Source of the DNA: Eledone cirrhosa
Taxonomy: Eukaryota
Assembly (NCBI GenBank): GCA_964016885.1
Contig: OZ024747.1
Location: 16,678,001-16,742,000, forward strand
Length of the DNA stretch: 64,000 nt
Direction: 5' to 3'
Part shown: positions 27,210 to 41,296 of the stretch, one piece after another
How positions within the stretch are numbered: the stretch's first letter is position 1
How the letters are laid out: each line of letters begins with the position of its first letter
Notes under the pieces: model-generated
Database searches by the model: none
The model's input: the letters and a program-made list of their open reading frames with translations, nothing else
Told to the model about the DNA's origin: nothing
Program-made: the position numbers and the translations under genes

Positions 27210-27799
27210 CGTGTGTGCGTGTGTGCGTGTGCGTGTGTCTGTTACTCATTTAAATCTCAAACTTATATCCGTCATATTAATTGAGATCTATCAATAAATA
27301 TTTGTTCATCTTGGTGTAACTCAAAATGCTTTCGATTGCGTTAATGTTAACTCTCCTATGAAACTTGAAGAAATGGAAATAAAACCCATATGACAAAACT
27401 TGCTTATCTGATTTCCAAAAAATATTACAACTTTTCTGTTGGTTGTCTTGTGATTGTTTATCTAAATCTATATTTAAATATATAAAGACAATGTTTGTAA
27501 GGTTACAACATATTCCGTATACTATGATCGATAACTGTTATCGTCTCTTCGCTCGACACTAGTGTTACAAAAACGATTAACACGTCATCATGCAATGATC
27601 TTTGTGTGTTCTAAATCTACTAATGTTTACTTTTCCTTTGTTGATTTGTTGGAAAATGAAATACTATACATACATTCAGAAAATGGATGTTAAAAGTAAC
27701 CCAAGATGTAAGACGATTTCGTATTTAATCAGTGCAAATTGATTATATACATACAAACACACACACACGCAAACACACACACACACACACGCACACATG

Positions 27800-27846
<47 letters not shown>

Positions 27847-27876
27847 AGATCAAAAGATGGTTAAAAGAGTTCCATG

Positions 27877-27947
27877 TATTTTATTATGCGCATTTCAAAA
27901 ACAAATATCATCATGCAATAATATTTGTGTTTTCATCAGATAAAATA
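27877..27947 (-). ncRNA. Type I hammerhead ribozyme (family A, left arm)
   Basis: Reverse complement of 28058-28128. Confidence 0.85.
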
Positions 27948-28057
27948 GGAAGACATGATATGAAGGTTAAAAACACTTGTGAATAGTGCAGTTTTAAATC
28001 AACATATTAAAACTGCACTATTCACAAGTGTTTTTTAACCTTCATATCATGTCTTCC

Positions 28058-28128
28058 TATTTTATCTGATGAAAACACAAATATTATTGCATGATGATAT
28101 TTGTTTTTGAAATGCGCATAATAAAATA
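28058..28128 (+). ncRNA. Type I hammerhead ribozyme (family A)
   Basis: UAUUUUAU-CUGAUGA-[stem II]-GAAAU-GCGC-AUA-AUAAAAUA. Confidence 0.85.
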
Positions 28129-28254
28129 CATGGAACTCTTTTAACCATCTTTTTTTCTTATATATTATGTATACTCCAGTCCTACAAACTGTAGAGTGCT
28201 TCTTATCCGATATCTACATTGCTTTATTGTACTACAATAAAACTCACCTCCTAC

Positions 28255-28328
<74 letters not shown>

Positions 28329-28350
28329 ACATATATATATATATGTATAC

Positions 28351-28381
<31 letters not shown>

Positions 28382-28560
28382 CTGTGTGTGTATGTGTATG
28401 TGTGAGCGTGCGTGTGCCTGTTACTCATTTAAATATCAAAATTATATCCGTCATATTAATTGAGATCTATCAATAAATATTTGTTCATCTTGGTGTAACT
28501 CAAAATGCTTTCGATTGCAATAATGTTAACTCTCCTATATATATATGTTTATATACACAC

Positions 28561-28595
<35 letters not shown>

Positions 28596-28909
28596 ATCAA
28601 ACAAAATTCTGCACTGATTAAATATGACGAGAGTCTTTTATCATCTTGGACTACTTTTAGCATCCATTTTCTGAATATATGTATAATGTATTTCATTTTC
28701 CAATCGGATTATACGCTAAATATAACGTTTCATGTTGTGTGATAATTGCTATTCTATATAATTATTATATGATGATAGTAACATTGTCACCTAGCAGCAA
28801 TTAGTTGATGATGTCAGTAAACATGAATTGTGCAGTTACTCAGAATATGGCAGTAGTTTCGTGTTACAAAAAATAATATTATAGCAAGTGCACAGTCTAT
28901 CGGGTGATC

Positions 28910-29625
28910 TGCATTCTCGTGTAGCACCCATCCAAAATCTGAGTGAGTTTCTTGGTCAGTGTCCAAGTCTCAGACCTGTACAGCAGCACAGACTCCACTA
29001 CAGCAACGAAGAGACGGAACTTCAGCTCTTTACGAAGGTCCGTCTTCGACACCGATCACAAGCTGTGGCACGCCGCCCAGGCTTTGCTCTTCCTGTCGAC
29101 CATCTTCCGTATTCCCAATCTATGCTCTCAAATACAGGAAGTAGCCAACCAATTCTAGCAGCTTTCCGCCTACATTAGTAATCTTCTCTGGCTTCTTAAA
29201 ATTCTTTACCAGATACTTCGTCTTAATCTTATTCATTCTCAGCCCCACACTCAGATGGTGGATGGGTGCTACACGAGAATACTGTGGATGACTCTGAACA
29301 TTAATCAGTATACACGGAGGATGAAGAACTCAGAGCTGCACGGGAGCCTCCCAAAAGTCAGCTCGAAATTTACACAGAGGAGACTGAGGTTAGCTTGACA
29401 TTCTCACCAACATCCAGAGTTGACACTGCATTCAGTGCTCCTGTGGGAGCCCTACATGGACACATTGGAAGAGGAAGACCGAAGTTAACATATATTGATG
29501 CCCTAAGGACAGACACTGGTCTCTTGGAGATGCAGCACATGGCATCGATAATGCGCGACAGAGACCGCTGAAGAGAACTCGTCCATGGATCTCGGGAATT
29601 TTACCCGCCCTAGATAGATAGATAT
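28910..29625 (+). mobile_element. RTE-type LINE 3' fragment with 5' inversion
   Basis: 29248-29613 (+) matches 17691-18055 (-). 28910-29247 is the upstream part of the same RT C-terminus in opposite orientation. (TAGA)n tail. Confidence 0.85.
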
Positions 29626-32600
29626 ATTATGCAACCTAGAATCTATATGGCTTGAGAGCAATTCATCCTTAGTTTTCATGTTTGATGAATTCTCAGCCCA
29701 AGCACGTGTATGCATGTACAGAGAAATCCACACATACGATCACGCGTAAACACACTATCGATTCTGTTCATATACAGCACTGAATTGTCATGAAATTAAT
29801 GTCAAGAACCATTGATTTGTCGGAAGTTCACCTACCATTTCTAGCAGGTCAATCTACTGCGCTAATAACGTCCATCCTTTGTACGTATTCAATACTTTTT
29901 GTTATCTATTTCTATACCAGATGTTGTCAAGGAATTCTATGATTTAAAATATGTTCTATTTGTGACAATATCGTGGTTTTGTATATTAGGTAATATCCTG
30001 TAAGGCGCGTGGATGTAATTTTTAAATGATTTTTCTACTAATTTCAGCGCGTGAAATGACTTTTCTTGAAGGGCTTCTTCAACTAATTTTTCTACAAATC
30101 AACAAGTATTTCTATATCTTTATTTCCTCCCCCTCTTTCTATTCATGCCATATCATTAGTATGACCGTAACATACGAATTGATCTATTTTTACATGTGAT
30201 TTGGTTGTCAGTAGTGAGTGCGTAGGTTGGGGGAGAAGTTTTCTCAAATACATCATCAGATTGATACACAAGTTAAAGACATTGAAATCATAACGAAATA
30301 AATTAACAAATTAGTTGATAGATGAGCTGTTAGAAATAGTAAAAAGTAAGATAATTTTATTAGACATAATCATCGAAAAAATCTATAATATATTCGATAC
30401 GCAATTGCAAAAATAGAGTTCATAGAAGCTATTTATAGAAGGATAAACGAAAGCGGGAACATACTCAAATCAACTATTGCATGGAAGGATATCAAACAAT
30501 TGACAGCAGAAGAAAGATGTAATTGAGGAGCTAAAAATCTTGAATACCATATGTTGAGCTTATGTCTGTGTACGACAGTTTTATGTTAAAGGGTGAATTT
30601 AAAATACTTTTCATGTCCATCTCATGTAATACGTCCTTTATTTTCTTTGGACTGTGAATCATTTTACTGCTAGAAGGTAGTTTGACAAACTACATTTTAC
30701 TGCTATAACTAGAAGGTAGTTTGACAAAGTACATGGTTTTATTTCGCCTGAGCTATAGAGAGAGACAATGCAGTAGCTGTCAAATGGGATTAGCAAAGCC
30801 AAACTATTAATATATAGCGCTGGTAACCTTTCGATTATTTCATCAACTATTCCAATTTTCAGAAAAAAACTTATTTCTAATACATTAACATTCCTTATTG
30901 CAATTTATATTTTCAACGGAATTGCGCACGTTTTAATGAGTTAATACAAAAGCAATTCAATATTTTCAAATACCAAACCAATATATTGCAAATGAGTTTT
31001 AGATATTCTTTTCCCACTACTTTCTCACTGTTTTAAACATACAAACCAGTGAGATATATTTCAATTAGTTTGAAAGCTATGACTTGTAAGGAAATATGAA
31101 TATGGATGAAAATGTATTCTCTATTGATCTAAGGACGTAAAACTACACTGATTTTATCATTAAAATAATTTGGTAGGCTACAAATTTGCAGATTCCAGCA
31201 ATATCCATTAGGAAAATATCTTTCACTTCGGTGAAAATAATTGTTCAAAATGGTGGTATAACGTAATATTGATGCTCCATTGTGGAATGTGTCTACATGT
31301 TTATTGTGCGTATTGAATTCACATTCCATTATTATATTTGTTGATCAATAAATGTCAACTATCTCCTTCACGGTTTATCCTTGTATTAGCATCGGAGGCA
31401 AGAGGGAAACATTTGGTTATATGGCTCTAAATGTTGAAGGTGATTCTGAAAGTTTCAGCCTTTATGAAAGTTTCTTTAGATGATAAGTGGCAGAATTAAT
31501 GTTAATGAAATGTCAAAGAGAATCGGACGTAAAACCTATTTACTTAATGTTAACAACGATTGCCTCTTGCTAATATACTGTAGTGGTTACAGGCGTGTGC
31601 ACGCACCAATACACATCAGTACAAACATACATTAAACATGTGCGAACGCACACACGCACACATACACACAGAGACACACACATACACATACACACATACA
31701 TGCACACCCACACACATACATAAACACATACATACATACATAAATACGTACACACATACATAAATATATATATAAGCGTTTGTGCGTCTGTATAACGCTG
31801 CTGATTTCAATCGGCAGAGCATGATCTTGTGGACAAAAAGTTCAAGGGCTTGAGGCAATTATATAGATACCAGAATACATTGTATACGTTTCTAATTATT
31901 AAATGGCTATATTCATATTCTTAATTAATCACGTCATTTGGGGAGTTCGTTAACTTTAGAGGCGTGACTTACACAGGATAATGACGCCAAGTAATAACAA
32001 GCATAAACAGAAGTCTATACGTGGTTGATCGACATACTGAAATAGAATTTCAATACACCCGAACTCACCCCTTCTAACCTAAAGTCAAATGGACACGGCG
32101 GTGGGTGCTGTAGTTCTCACAAGACTTTTAACTAAAACGTAGAAGAGAGTTTCACTTTGGAAAGATATTGATAATAAGTCTATGAGGCCCAGATTTCTTT
32201 AGTCGAGTGCTAACTGCTACTGAAATATTACTATGAACGTACTTGAGAAACATAGGAATTCACAATGTTCGTCACAAGAATGAAAATACACTCTTGACAG
32301 GTGCAATTGAATTTTGAACGATCTTTGTCTAGATAACAGAAAATACAACACGGAGTCTTGTGCGCACATAGTGGGGTGGTTCTCCACACAGTTTACCTTT
32401 ACAAGTTTTCAAAGTCAAATCATGTGTATATTTACTATATTATAAACGGACACATATATAATTTTATTTGAATCACGCTGCTTTCGTGCTACTGATAATT
32501 AATTCTAATCAGTCAGCTTTCAATAAAATAGTTTGTTTCAAAATCTATAAAATATCCATCTTTGCCTGTACCTCGGTGTTCATGAAGCTTAACAATTGTG

Positions 32601-32830
32601 AAATATACATATACATCAATACGTTGTTGTGGTACGAACATAGCTTATGTTATCCACTGTCGGAATATATCTATGGCTATTTTGCATTATATAGGTGTCC
32701 AAAAAAAGCTTTATTCTAAATCATTGGGTGATAATGCTATCACTAATTAACATACAATTGTATTCTCGTAAATGTAACATATGTCTAGAGCAGACAGTAT
32801 GTATGGATGTATTTATGTATATAGAAATAG

Positions 32831-33090
32831 TTGGGCTGGGTACCCGATCGCGAGGTTAAACCACTGGGAGTGAAGGACCCCTAACCTTTGTCAGGGCATT
32901 CCTCTAGGAGAAGGCAACTCAGGAAACTGAGATAACTCCGACATAAAACCTGCGGCTCAGGAGATAGCGATGATGTTGATATTTTCTTCTTTTCGGGTTA
33001 TAGCTACTGTCGCTCAGAGCATGTGATTGGCTCAGTGCACAGTATTTCCTCACTTGAAAACAAATCTTCACGCACAGGCATTGGACGATA
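32831..33090 (+). mobile_element. Possible RTE-type LINE 5' UTR fragment
   Basis: GC-richer island with GGCATTCCTCTAGGAGAAGGCAACTC...AAACC, recalled as typical of RTE 5' UTRs. No ORF support. Confidence 0.35.
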
Positions 33091-33530
33091 GAATGAATTA
33101 ATAATTATTAATAATGGTATATCGTGCAATGGCCGTACTCGATACCGAGAGGGCAGCCATGATTTATACATCAGATATAAATGACATCTCAGGATAAGAT
33201 GATTACAAGCTAATGAAATACATCTACTCACGTATAAGACAATAAATCCAGCATCTTCTGCACCTAATGTATGGAGGTAACCTATTTGATGGTGGGCTCT
33301 GATCCTCTAGTAAAAATATGTATATTTAGGTATATTTTATTTATCGTCATGGTATCTATAGTCAACTCCTTGTTTTTTCCATCGCTGTCTCTACTCACGT
33401 CTATGTTAAGCTCAAACGTGAAACTTTATTTTATTTACGTTCCCGCTCCTTCAACCAAGTAGATAATGATTCACACACACACACACACGCACATATATAT
33501 GTATATAATATGTATGTTTATATATATACA

Positions 33531-33597
<67 letters not shown>

Positions 33598-33601
<4 letters not shown>

Positions 33602-33648
33602 ACAGCCGTACTAAGAGTGGGAAATGAAATTTCGTTTCATTTTTTTCC

Positions 33649-33650
<2 letters not shown>
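33598..33650 (+). mobile_element. Solo tail of the 441-bp hammerhead family
   Basis: AGTAACAGCCGTACTAAGAGTGGGAAATGAAATTTCGTTTCATT matches 42513-42556 and 42954-42997. Flanked by (TA)n. Confidence 0.8.
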
Positions 33651-33729
<79 letters not shown>

Positions 33730-33740
33730 GGTGTGTGTGT

Positions 33741-33778
<38 letters not shown>

Positions 33779-34722
33779 TGGGGGTGGGGGTTGGGGTCAA
33801 ATATTAGTTCATCAATGGCAAACAAAGTATGTCAATAATGATCATTTACGCTTATACCGAAATAGGAATCCGACATTTCTGGCATATTATATTGATTGAA
33901 CTATACGCCAGAACAGATAAACATTATAATATCTGATTTGAATTAAGTGACAGCATTTCTAAAGATGGAAACTCTTTGTAGCTTATATTTTCAGCCCTCA
34001 CTCTTTTTCCTTCTCTGTTACATGTATGTTTACAGAAATGCACCTAATGACATACATAAATATGTTTCCTTTGCTTATATACATTTATGATTAGAGACTA
34101 GATTTTGGTATGATCTACATACTATACTATGGATGTGATGCTGGAGCACTAGGTTAACCTATGCCCGTGCGCTAGATACAATGTTTGACAGACCTACACT
34201 TCAGCCACCTACAACATATCAATTGTACCAGCGGTACGAAGGGCAAATCTTGTCACACATACCGTCATCTTGGCACTCCATTAAGTATAGTCAGCATACA
34301 TATGATTAGATTTGCATAGATGAACATACACGTGCACTAATGCTAACGATAAACACATAATATAGAACTGGTGAAATGGTAAACGGGGATGAGATATTTG
34401 GGTTTTGATATCTCATTTCTTTTGGGGGCATACAGTGTTTCAGACGTTTATATTTAAAGACTAGTAATATTCAGACGTGTTTCAAATGAAATCTCCGTCC
34501 ATTTCCATGAAAATTAGTTTCATATTTATGTAAGAAATGAATAATGACCATGTTAACGTTAAATGTTTCCCTTATAGTAAATGTAGCTATAAAACTGTTT
34601 CCTCGAATGTAAACTTCAAGTTTTCAGGCCATTAAAAGTTATACATGGATCAAATTGTACAACATAAAGGCCATTATTACTGATACCGATTCATTTTCAT
34701 TTAATTCATCACTTTAGTGTTC

Positions 34723-35012
34723 TATGATGTGACATTGTAGAACGCTATTTGTCTCTCATCATTCCTTATACTATTTATGTCTATATCCATAGGGTATATA
34801 TATACATATATATACATATGTATATATAAATATATAATATAAATAAAAATACATATATAATATATATACATACACACACATACACGCACGCACACACACA
34901 CAAAGAAATATATATATATATCTGTGTATGTGTGTGTGTGTTAATGTGCGTGTATGTGTGAGTGTATATATATATATATACACTCACACATACACGCACA
35001 TTAACACACACA

Positions 35013-35073
<61 letters not shown>

Positions 35074-35146
35074 ACCCTATGGATATAGACATAAATATTA
35101 TAAGGAATGATGAGAGACAAATAGCGTCGTATAATGTCACATCATA
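34723..35146. repeat. Palindrome centred on (TA)n
   Basis: Unique arms 34723-34798 / 35071-35146. Mirrored microsatellite 34932-35011. Confidence 0.9.
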
Positions 35147-35165
35147 TATATATATGTATATATAT

Positions 35166-35223
<58 letters not shown>

Positions 35224-35227
35224 AGGA

Positions 35228-35265
<38 letters not shown>

Positions 35266-37337
35266 GTATGAGGACCATTAAGATTTCTTCATAGTCAGTG
35301 AATTTTCCTATCAATATTTGGTAAATCTCTTCGAGCAAATTATCGATCTTTTCTAGAACTAACTAACCATACAAAATACGTATTACACCCTCCCAACGTC
35401 TCTATGAGGCGTTCTTCTTACTGGTTTATCAAACATGATTAAATTGTAAGTACTCCAGCCATTGATTATATACTCTATATATTCTCAACGTCTTTCTACT
35501 TCATATGCAATGTTAAAGAAATAAAGATATGATTTATGCCTTGCCCTTTCAAGAGAAATACTGAGAAATTTTGTAAACTACAGATTTGATTTAAAGTTAC
35601 ATCTTAAATCATGAAAATTCTATAAATAAGAAAAAATAGACTTCTTCATTTTCATATTAGCTTCCTATTACTCTTGTGATGTAGTGTTTCGGAACTACGG
35701 TTTATGCCACTGGTACTCCTTTCATTGGTTCTATAAATATAACCAGATACAAAAAAGCAAAAAAACAAAAGAAAAAACAAAACAGAATGAACTTTAATGT
35801 ATGTTTAATCTAGCGTCGTACCTTTTGGGGATCCTATAGTGATATCGTAATATAAATTATATTTGTGCTAAAACAATAACAAACACTTGTCCAGATGGTA
35901 CAAAAAAGGCCAGCGTTTCACCTTCTGTGTCACTCTTTGTGATTTTATATCTTGCATTCGAGTGGTATATTTTAAAATCATGAAGTTACTGGGAATATAT
36001 GGAATAGATGCAATATATCTAGATTTTGTTAGTTTCTGAGATCAAATGTGACCGAAATTTATATTAACCTTACTTTTTCCGGGTACAATGAAAACGGGAC
36101 AACGTACGGTGTCAGTTTAAACGATTTTCCATTCCAAACGCAAACATTCCTAGATCAAGATTAAATTAGAATCCGTCGTTTTGATATAGATATTAAAGAT
36201 ACCCATATTTGGATCCTTTGATTGTGTCACAGTGCAAGGGATGTCACTCATAGCCTCCGATTGACATAAACATTTTGAATGAAACTCGCTACTCAGCAAA
36301 AGCCTTTCTCATCGAAATAGATATAGTTGAAAGACGAAGCTCATGAGACTGAGTTAGCCTTAATATTTTATTAAATGAGAGAAAAGCAGGGAAAGAGCAA
36401 GGAAAAACCATCCGGCAAGAGCTCCAAATATAGATACCGAGCAAGGATCGTGACACTCTCAAGATTAAGTAGGCAAATAATAATAATTATAATTATAATC
36501 AGAAGAAGAAGAAGAAGAAGAAGAAGAAGGCAGAATAATTCAACCCTCATTTTGATTTAAACTTTCAAATATTTCAATATTTAATTAAGCTGATGTATTC
36601 CCACTTTTCTTATAACACAGAAATATTGGTCATTTTCAGAAATTATGGTTATTAATAGGAAAGAAATGGGGAATCGTTACGATGAATTTCATATAATCAC
36701 GATCATTCCATTCATTTATAACAAGTTTGCAATATAATTATGCTTAGTCCACAATATTAAATGAAACCACAACCATCTATAGAATAATTACAAATGAGCA
36801 TTATTAATCTTTAAGGAATGAATGGAGCCTTCTCATCAGAGGCTTACAATAGTCAACAAGAAGGGACCACCAAGCCCGAGAGAGATATGTAGAGAGGGGA
36901 ATAGTTTGACTGAATCGTAGCATAATATTTGAGACGTGTTGACAAGAATGGAAAAGTAGAAAAGATGACCAGCCCCGGAATTTTGCTACGTTCTGTCGAG
37001 TGAAACAAAATCCTAGCGCTCGTATACATATAGTAGTAAATTCTAGGAATTCTCCAAGATTTCTATATTCGAAATTTAACAGTAATTACTAGTAACATTC
37101 GTAATGAGAATATACGAAAGCTTTGTTACAAATAGATGCCAAGTCGCATTCTCTCTTTTTGAAATAGGAATGATAGATTGGACAATGTCTTTCTAGATAT
37201 AACGAAGTCGGGATGATATAAGTAGGTTGAATGAAATACAATATTAGGTGAAAACGACATGGACAGCAAGCAGAATTGAAATCATGTTTTCAGAAAAGAG
37301 TTATGAATTATTGTTTATATGCATTATTAAAAGTAAC

Positions 37338-37525
37338 GAGGGCAGTGGATTGGCAGTATCGGTAGGGGGTCGGACGACATGCTTTGACGCATAGAGTTAC
37401 GGCCCTTGCCATTCTGAGTTCAAATCCTGCCGAGGTTAACTTTGCCTTTCATCCTTACGGGGTCGATAAAATAAAGTACCAGTAATACACTGGGTATTGC
37501 TGGCCTTGTGCCAAAAGTAGAAACA
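37338..37525 (+). mobile_element. Full-length tRNA-derived SINE with 15-bp TSD
   Basis: A and B boxes plus core. ATTATTAAAAGTAAC at 37323-37337 and 37526-37540. Confidence 0.92.
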
Positions 37526-37916
37526 ATTATTAAAAGTAACAAGTTATCGCGCTCCATGTACTCTCCGGACATGCAGCCTATCAGTTAAGGCTTGTTAAAT
37601 TGAGAGATAGTCGAAATATCTGTTTTTCATGAACAGGAACACTGTAGCTCAAACACAAAATAACGCACGCACATACAAAAGCACATGCACAGGAAAACAT
37701 ACACAAATATATACATGATACAAACTCCATATCAATAAAGGCAGGTTTCTAATAATAATAGAGTGCACAAAATATTTCTAGAATATAAATTTATAATGAC
37801 TAAAATACATATATTAACATGTCATTAAACATGTTTCTACTGCTTAAGCAATATGGAACATTTTAAAGAGGCACGTTTGTCTAAAATATACAGGAGAGAT
37901 AAAGGTATACACACGC

Positions 37917-37951
<35 letters not shown>

Positions 37952-39673
37952 GGGGGAGGGGTACAGTGGCGAATCTTAAAATCTAATTTTATGTCGAAAA
38001 TACCGATATCACATTCTTTCTCTTCTACATCGTAATATTTTTAAATATTAACTTGAGTTCATATAGGCATCTATTTCTCCCTCTCTCTCTTTCTCTCTCT
38101 CCCTCTATATATATATAAAGAGAGAGAGAGAGAAATATATACCTATATGAACTCAACTTATATATATATATATATACAGAGTGTATATAATCGAGAGAAA
38201 TTGACAAACGTATTTGCTTTTGAATATGTGTCTATTTATTTCATTTGACGTTCGTATTTGTGTACCTATTCTCGGAAATGAATAAATAAGACCTGAAATC
38301 AATATGATATTTCTAACATATTTTAAGAACCATCGATAATTTTAATTATGAATTACGCAAAACTGTACACTAGGGACATTTATAAATTTGACAACATATT
38401 CGGTAAGATCTTTAGTGAAAAACGTACATTGTGAAGGAAAATTGACTTACCAATGTTCCTTTCAAAGCATCGGATTTATCCACACTTGGCATTGACATTA
38501 AACATCCTGCGCAAGATTGTATAAAGCTCATGATGAAATTCGTCTTATTACATAGTTTTCTTAATATTCAGCTTTATAAGAGAAGTATTCAATAATCTAT
38601 TGAATATTGTCACAATGAATACAAACAAAATACAACCTAATATATCTGTGTTTCAGTAATGGTGTTGTTTCTGATGGGATTTACAAATCAATAGCCACGT
38701 TCCTCTAGTTTTATCATCCAAACAGCTGCTGTGACAAGAAATTTAGTTTTATCACTTTGTTGCTCGGTAGTATTATTTTCTCATGGGTACTTGGAATACT
38801 TATTTCGCAGTTTATTTCCAACCGTACATTGATTTCATCTTTCAGCTGTTCTAATAAACATGTTATATAGTAATATTTATCAACTGAGGTATACTTTAGT
38901 ATTTAATTGATGTATTTACATAACTACATAAACAGAAGCTATCTCCACGAAAGAAACATTTAAAGAGCGCTTCGTAAATAGTGGAATAACATTAATGTAT
39001 TTTGTAATTTCCTCAAAGCTTTATATGTTGTAGTTCGATTTTTTTCGTTATCGTTAATCGATTCGTCCTTCAAAGACCATTAGTTCATTACAAGTGTTGT
39101 ATTAAACAGCTCCCATTCTATATGCAGAGCAAATCTTTTACACGTTACTATGTCGGTGAGAAATATCAGGGCAAAAATAACATATTTTATAGAATGAAAC
39201 GGAAACGCCCATTACATTATACATATTCTTAGAAATTACCGAATCATCATTCAGTATTGTTTCGAATATCATTTAGTGCGGCGGCGGAATTGACATTTTT
39301 GCAAGTATTTTCTGCTTTTTTATAAATAATTAATGCAACTTAAAAGATGTAACAAATATACAATGTTTACTGTATATTTTTATGGGAGATTATCATTTGA
39401 CATTTGAGCTCACTTATAACATTACATTTTAGATTTGGACAGGAAACATTTCTTTCTGTATTATAATATACATGTCGGCCAAATGGAAAGAGATACACCC
39501 TGTAGACTGCATATAGCATTATGTTGATTGATACAGGTAATCTTTGGAGTATAGTGGTGTTTAGATGTATTAGTTTACATTACTACTAGTAAAGTGTAGT
39601 AAATAACCACATCACAATAGGTAATAAGACGTACAAGATCCTGTAAAAAAAGAGGGTTAAATTCTCAATTTGT

Positions 39674-39775
<102 letters not shown>

Positions 39776-40934
39776 AGTGAATAAAAATCAATGAATAATA
39801 TCAAATATCAGTAGCAGCCATCGTTAAAAGCTTTGCAACCGCAAGCCCCTTCCGTCACTCCTAAATAATGTTTACTGAAATTGATCTAATCGATCAACAC
39901 AGGTATCATCAATGTAGCAATACAATTTGGAACGAGGGACAGACCGATTAAAATATTGGTTAATTGATAGGAGATATTAGCCTAAACATAAAAGGAATAG
40001 ATTTAAATCACACAGATGTTTACAGATGGATATAATGAATATTGATTCATTAAAACTTAAATGTGAGTAATTTCCAATCATACAAAACAAAAGCTAAAGT
40101 AAAAACTAGAGACACCCGTTGAATAAATGAACAACTATTAATTTGACTTTCCCTTAGCTGGTTTCTTTCAAAATACACGATTACCGAAATGTAAATACAT
40201 TAACTAAACGCCTATGTTATATTATCATGTCACACTGCTCTAAACATGCTTTCTGTTTTATATGTATAATAATCAATTAAAATATTTTAAGGAGTGTCTT
40301 GCATGACTTGGAATCTTCAGATTTTTATTAATTGAATTAACGCAATTACTTTATAATTATATTACAATAATACTTTTTAAAATAATTTCTTTTATGAATA
40401 AATATTTTCTCAGTAATTCCAAAGTAGGCAAATTATATTCATAAGACTTACTAACGGATAAAATTTCATTAACTTAATAAAATATACCAGTCATTAAAAG
40501 GTTGGGTTTTTTTTTGTGTTTTTGCGGCGTTCAAATTTTAATTTATTACACTTACGAATAAAGAAATTAATCAATGAGTAAATAATCAAACTAGCAGCGA
40601 AGAGTTGTAATATTGCTTTAATTACATGTGGTTAAGAATGACGTTTCATTTACTTCCAACTTTATTATAAACATAATCTTGCTTCCTGCTGGAACTTGAA
40701 ACGATGGGCTGATTAGTTACATTTACATATGAAGCTGTGTAGGTTGGCTCAACTTGAAGTTGAAACAAACTTCGGCATACAGCATATAATGCATAAATAT
40801 GTCATGTCTCTGCTGGTGTCTTTCCTATAGTAGTTGGTATATATATATAGCACCTTCGTCTGGTATTCTAAGCTGGAGGTCTAACAAGAACTGGATACCA
40901 TCTTTATCGGAGTGTCCTACGGTGAAACATATCT

Positions 40935-41000
<66 letters not shown>

Positions 41001-41005
<5 letters not shown>

Positions 41006-41296
41006 TGTAATAAACAACATAAGATAATTATTTCATTTACCAGCGGTTTCTTGAAAGTAAACAAATCTGCTTTCAGTCGTCAGAATGAAAAAGTCCTGGT
41101 GTTTTTATTGAATAATCATTCAATAGAAACACAAGGCCTTTTTCATTTTGACGACTGAAAGCAGATTTATTTGCTTTCACAAAACCACTGGTAAATGAAA
41201 TAATTATCTTATGTTGTTTCTTACATAACTAATAAGCTCTGTAACCTACATAGAGCAATATGTTTTCCTGGAACTTTCCGACGGAATTACTTCATT

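Larger units (their letters stand above)
27837..28254 (+). mobile_element. Fold-back hammerhead element, family A copy 2
   Basis: Palindrome 27837-28168 plus tail to 28254. Homologous to 17243-17676. Confidence 0.9.
27239..28538 (+). repeat. About 120-bp direct duplication (27239-27359 and 28418-28538)
   Basis: CTGTTACTCATTTAAAT...GTTAACTCTCCTAT occurs twice with few mismatches. Confidence 0.9.

Noticed and set aside
30659-30735. Short tandem duplication (also 55448-55506)
   Set aside because: Ordinary slippage duplications with no further structure.
35218-35300. TATGAGGACCAT twice, Tc1/mariner TIR-like
   Set aside because: No matching inverted end found in the window.
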